Source: an uncultured Chroococcidiopsis sp.
Lineage (GTDB): Bacteria; Cyanobacteriota; Cyanobacteriia; Cyanobacteriales; Chroococcidiopsidaceae
Direction: 5' to 3'
DNA: 64,000 nt
NCBI GenBank assembly: GCA_964248365.1
Contig: CAXTYC010000002.1
Coordinates: 166,547 to 230,546 of the forward strand
Shown here: positions 63,244-64,000 of the stretch, piece after piece
Position numbering within the stretch: position 1 is the first letter of the stretch
Layout: every line of letters starts with the position of its first letter
The notes under the pieces: model-generated
Seen by the model: the letters and a program-made list of their open reading frames with translations, nothing else
What the model was told of the DNA's origin: nothing
The model's database searches: none
Made by a program: the position numbers and the translations under genes

Positions 63244-64000
63244 ATGCGATTGGCAAATTTTTTACGGTATATAAGCAAACTGTGTACTCATGTGTTGGCA
63301 ATTGTTTTAGGAGTGATTCTAACAGTTAGCACTTTACAGGTGTTACCATCCCAAGCTGATCCAGCACCAGAGATATCAAATTCTGTTGCCAGCAAGACTT
63401 CAAAAGCACCTATTGAGGCTCACAGCTTTGTGACAGCGGCAGTAAATCGGGTAGGACAAGCCGTAGTGCGAATTGATACAGAGCGCACTATTAGTCGTCG
63501 TGTCCCCGATCCTTTTTTTGAAGATCCAGTCTTCCGGCGGTTTTTTGGTGATAACTTCCAGGGGCAGTTACCTCCAGAGCGATTGCAAGGTATAGGCTCA
63601 GGTTTTATTATTGACCGCAGTGGCGAAGTTCTGACCAATGCTCATGTGGTGGCTGAGGCTGATAAAGTCACAGTGACGTTGAAAGACGGACGCATCTTGG
63701 AAGGAAAGGTACAAGGCGTAGATGAAGTCACAGATTTAGCCGTAGTTAAGATTAATGGGGGCGATTTGCCAGTAGCTTCTCTGGGAGATTCAGCTGATGT
63801 GCAAGTAGGAGATTGGGCGATCGCTGTTGGCAATCCTTTAGGATTTGATAATACCGTCACACTGGGAATTGTCAGCACTCTCAAACGTTCCAGCGCACAA
63901 GTTGGCATCCCTGACAAACGCCTTGATTTTATTCAAACCGATGCTGCAATTAACCCAGGTAATTCGGGTGGTCCACTATTGAATGACCGAGGAGAAGTGA
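63244..64000 (+). CDS. HtrA/HhoA-family serine protease (partial, runs off the window end)
   Basis: Manual translation: [36 protein letters not shown]; HhoA-like [19 protein letters not shown]. Confidence 0.93.
   Translation, partial: MRLANFLRYISKLCTHVLAIVLGVILTVSTLQVLPSQADPAPEISNSVASKTSKAPIEAHSFVTAAVNRVGQAVVRIDTERTISRRVPDPFFEDPVFRRFFGDNFQGQLPPERLQGIGSGFIIDRSGEVLTNAHVVAEADKVTVTLKDGRILEGKVQGVDEVTDLAVVKINGGDLPVASLGDSADVQVGDWAIAVGNPLGFDNTVTLGIVSTLKRSSAQVGIPDKRLDFIQTDAAINPGNSGGPLLNDRGEV

Overview
Chromosomal window from a cyanobacterium. The HIP1 octamer GCGATCGC occurs throughout, intergenic regions carry STRR-type short tandem repeats, and the psaF-psaJ-psaL/gmk arrangement suggests a heterocyst-former or a Chroococcidiopsis-like relative (inference). 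Most of it is housekeeping: aspS, htpX, crcB, plsX-fabH-fabD-plsC, dacB, ftsH2, hppD, pdhB-secD-secF, tic22-prmC-tsaC, tRNA-Pro(TGG), tsaD, psaFJL, gmk-remA, rqcH, rsmA-ispE, an InrS/CsoR regulator and a partial HtrA protease. The main candidate novel system is a ~10 kb chemosensory locus (33.3-43.3 kb) next to the tRNA-Pro 3' end. It holds cheA (two CheW domains), cheW, an MCP, cheB and cheR, plus a divergent CheY-like/CheC/PAS hybrid kinase operon. Its only receptor is soluble and fuses a Nik1/Os-1/OsaA-type poly-HAMP array to an MCP domain, and that gene is bracketed by an inverted pair of 52-bp REP-like elements. Other observations: a phased DnaA-box cluster away from dnaA/dnaN, a PsrR1-like sRNA candidate, three disrupted genes (AI-2E transporter, FosA-like, Tat flavin amine oxidase), an ArsR-SRPBCC-cupin-GST-hydrolase operon, a vapBC module, MITEs, and repeat mosaics that enter coding sequence and supply stop codons. 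All calls are by eye; no database searches were run.
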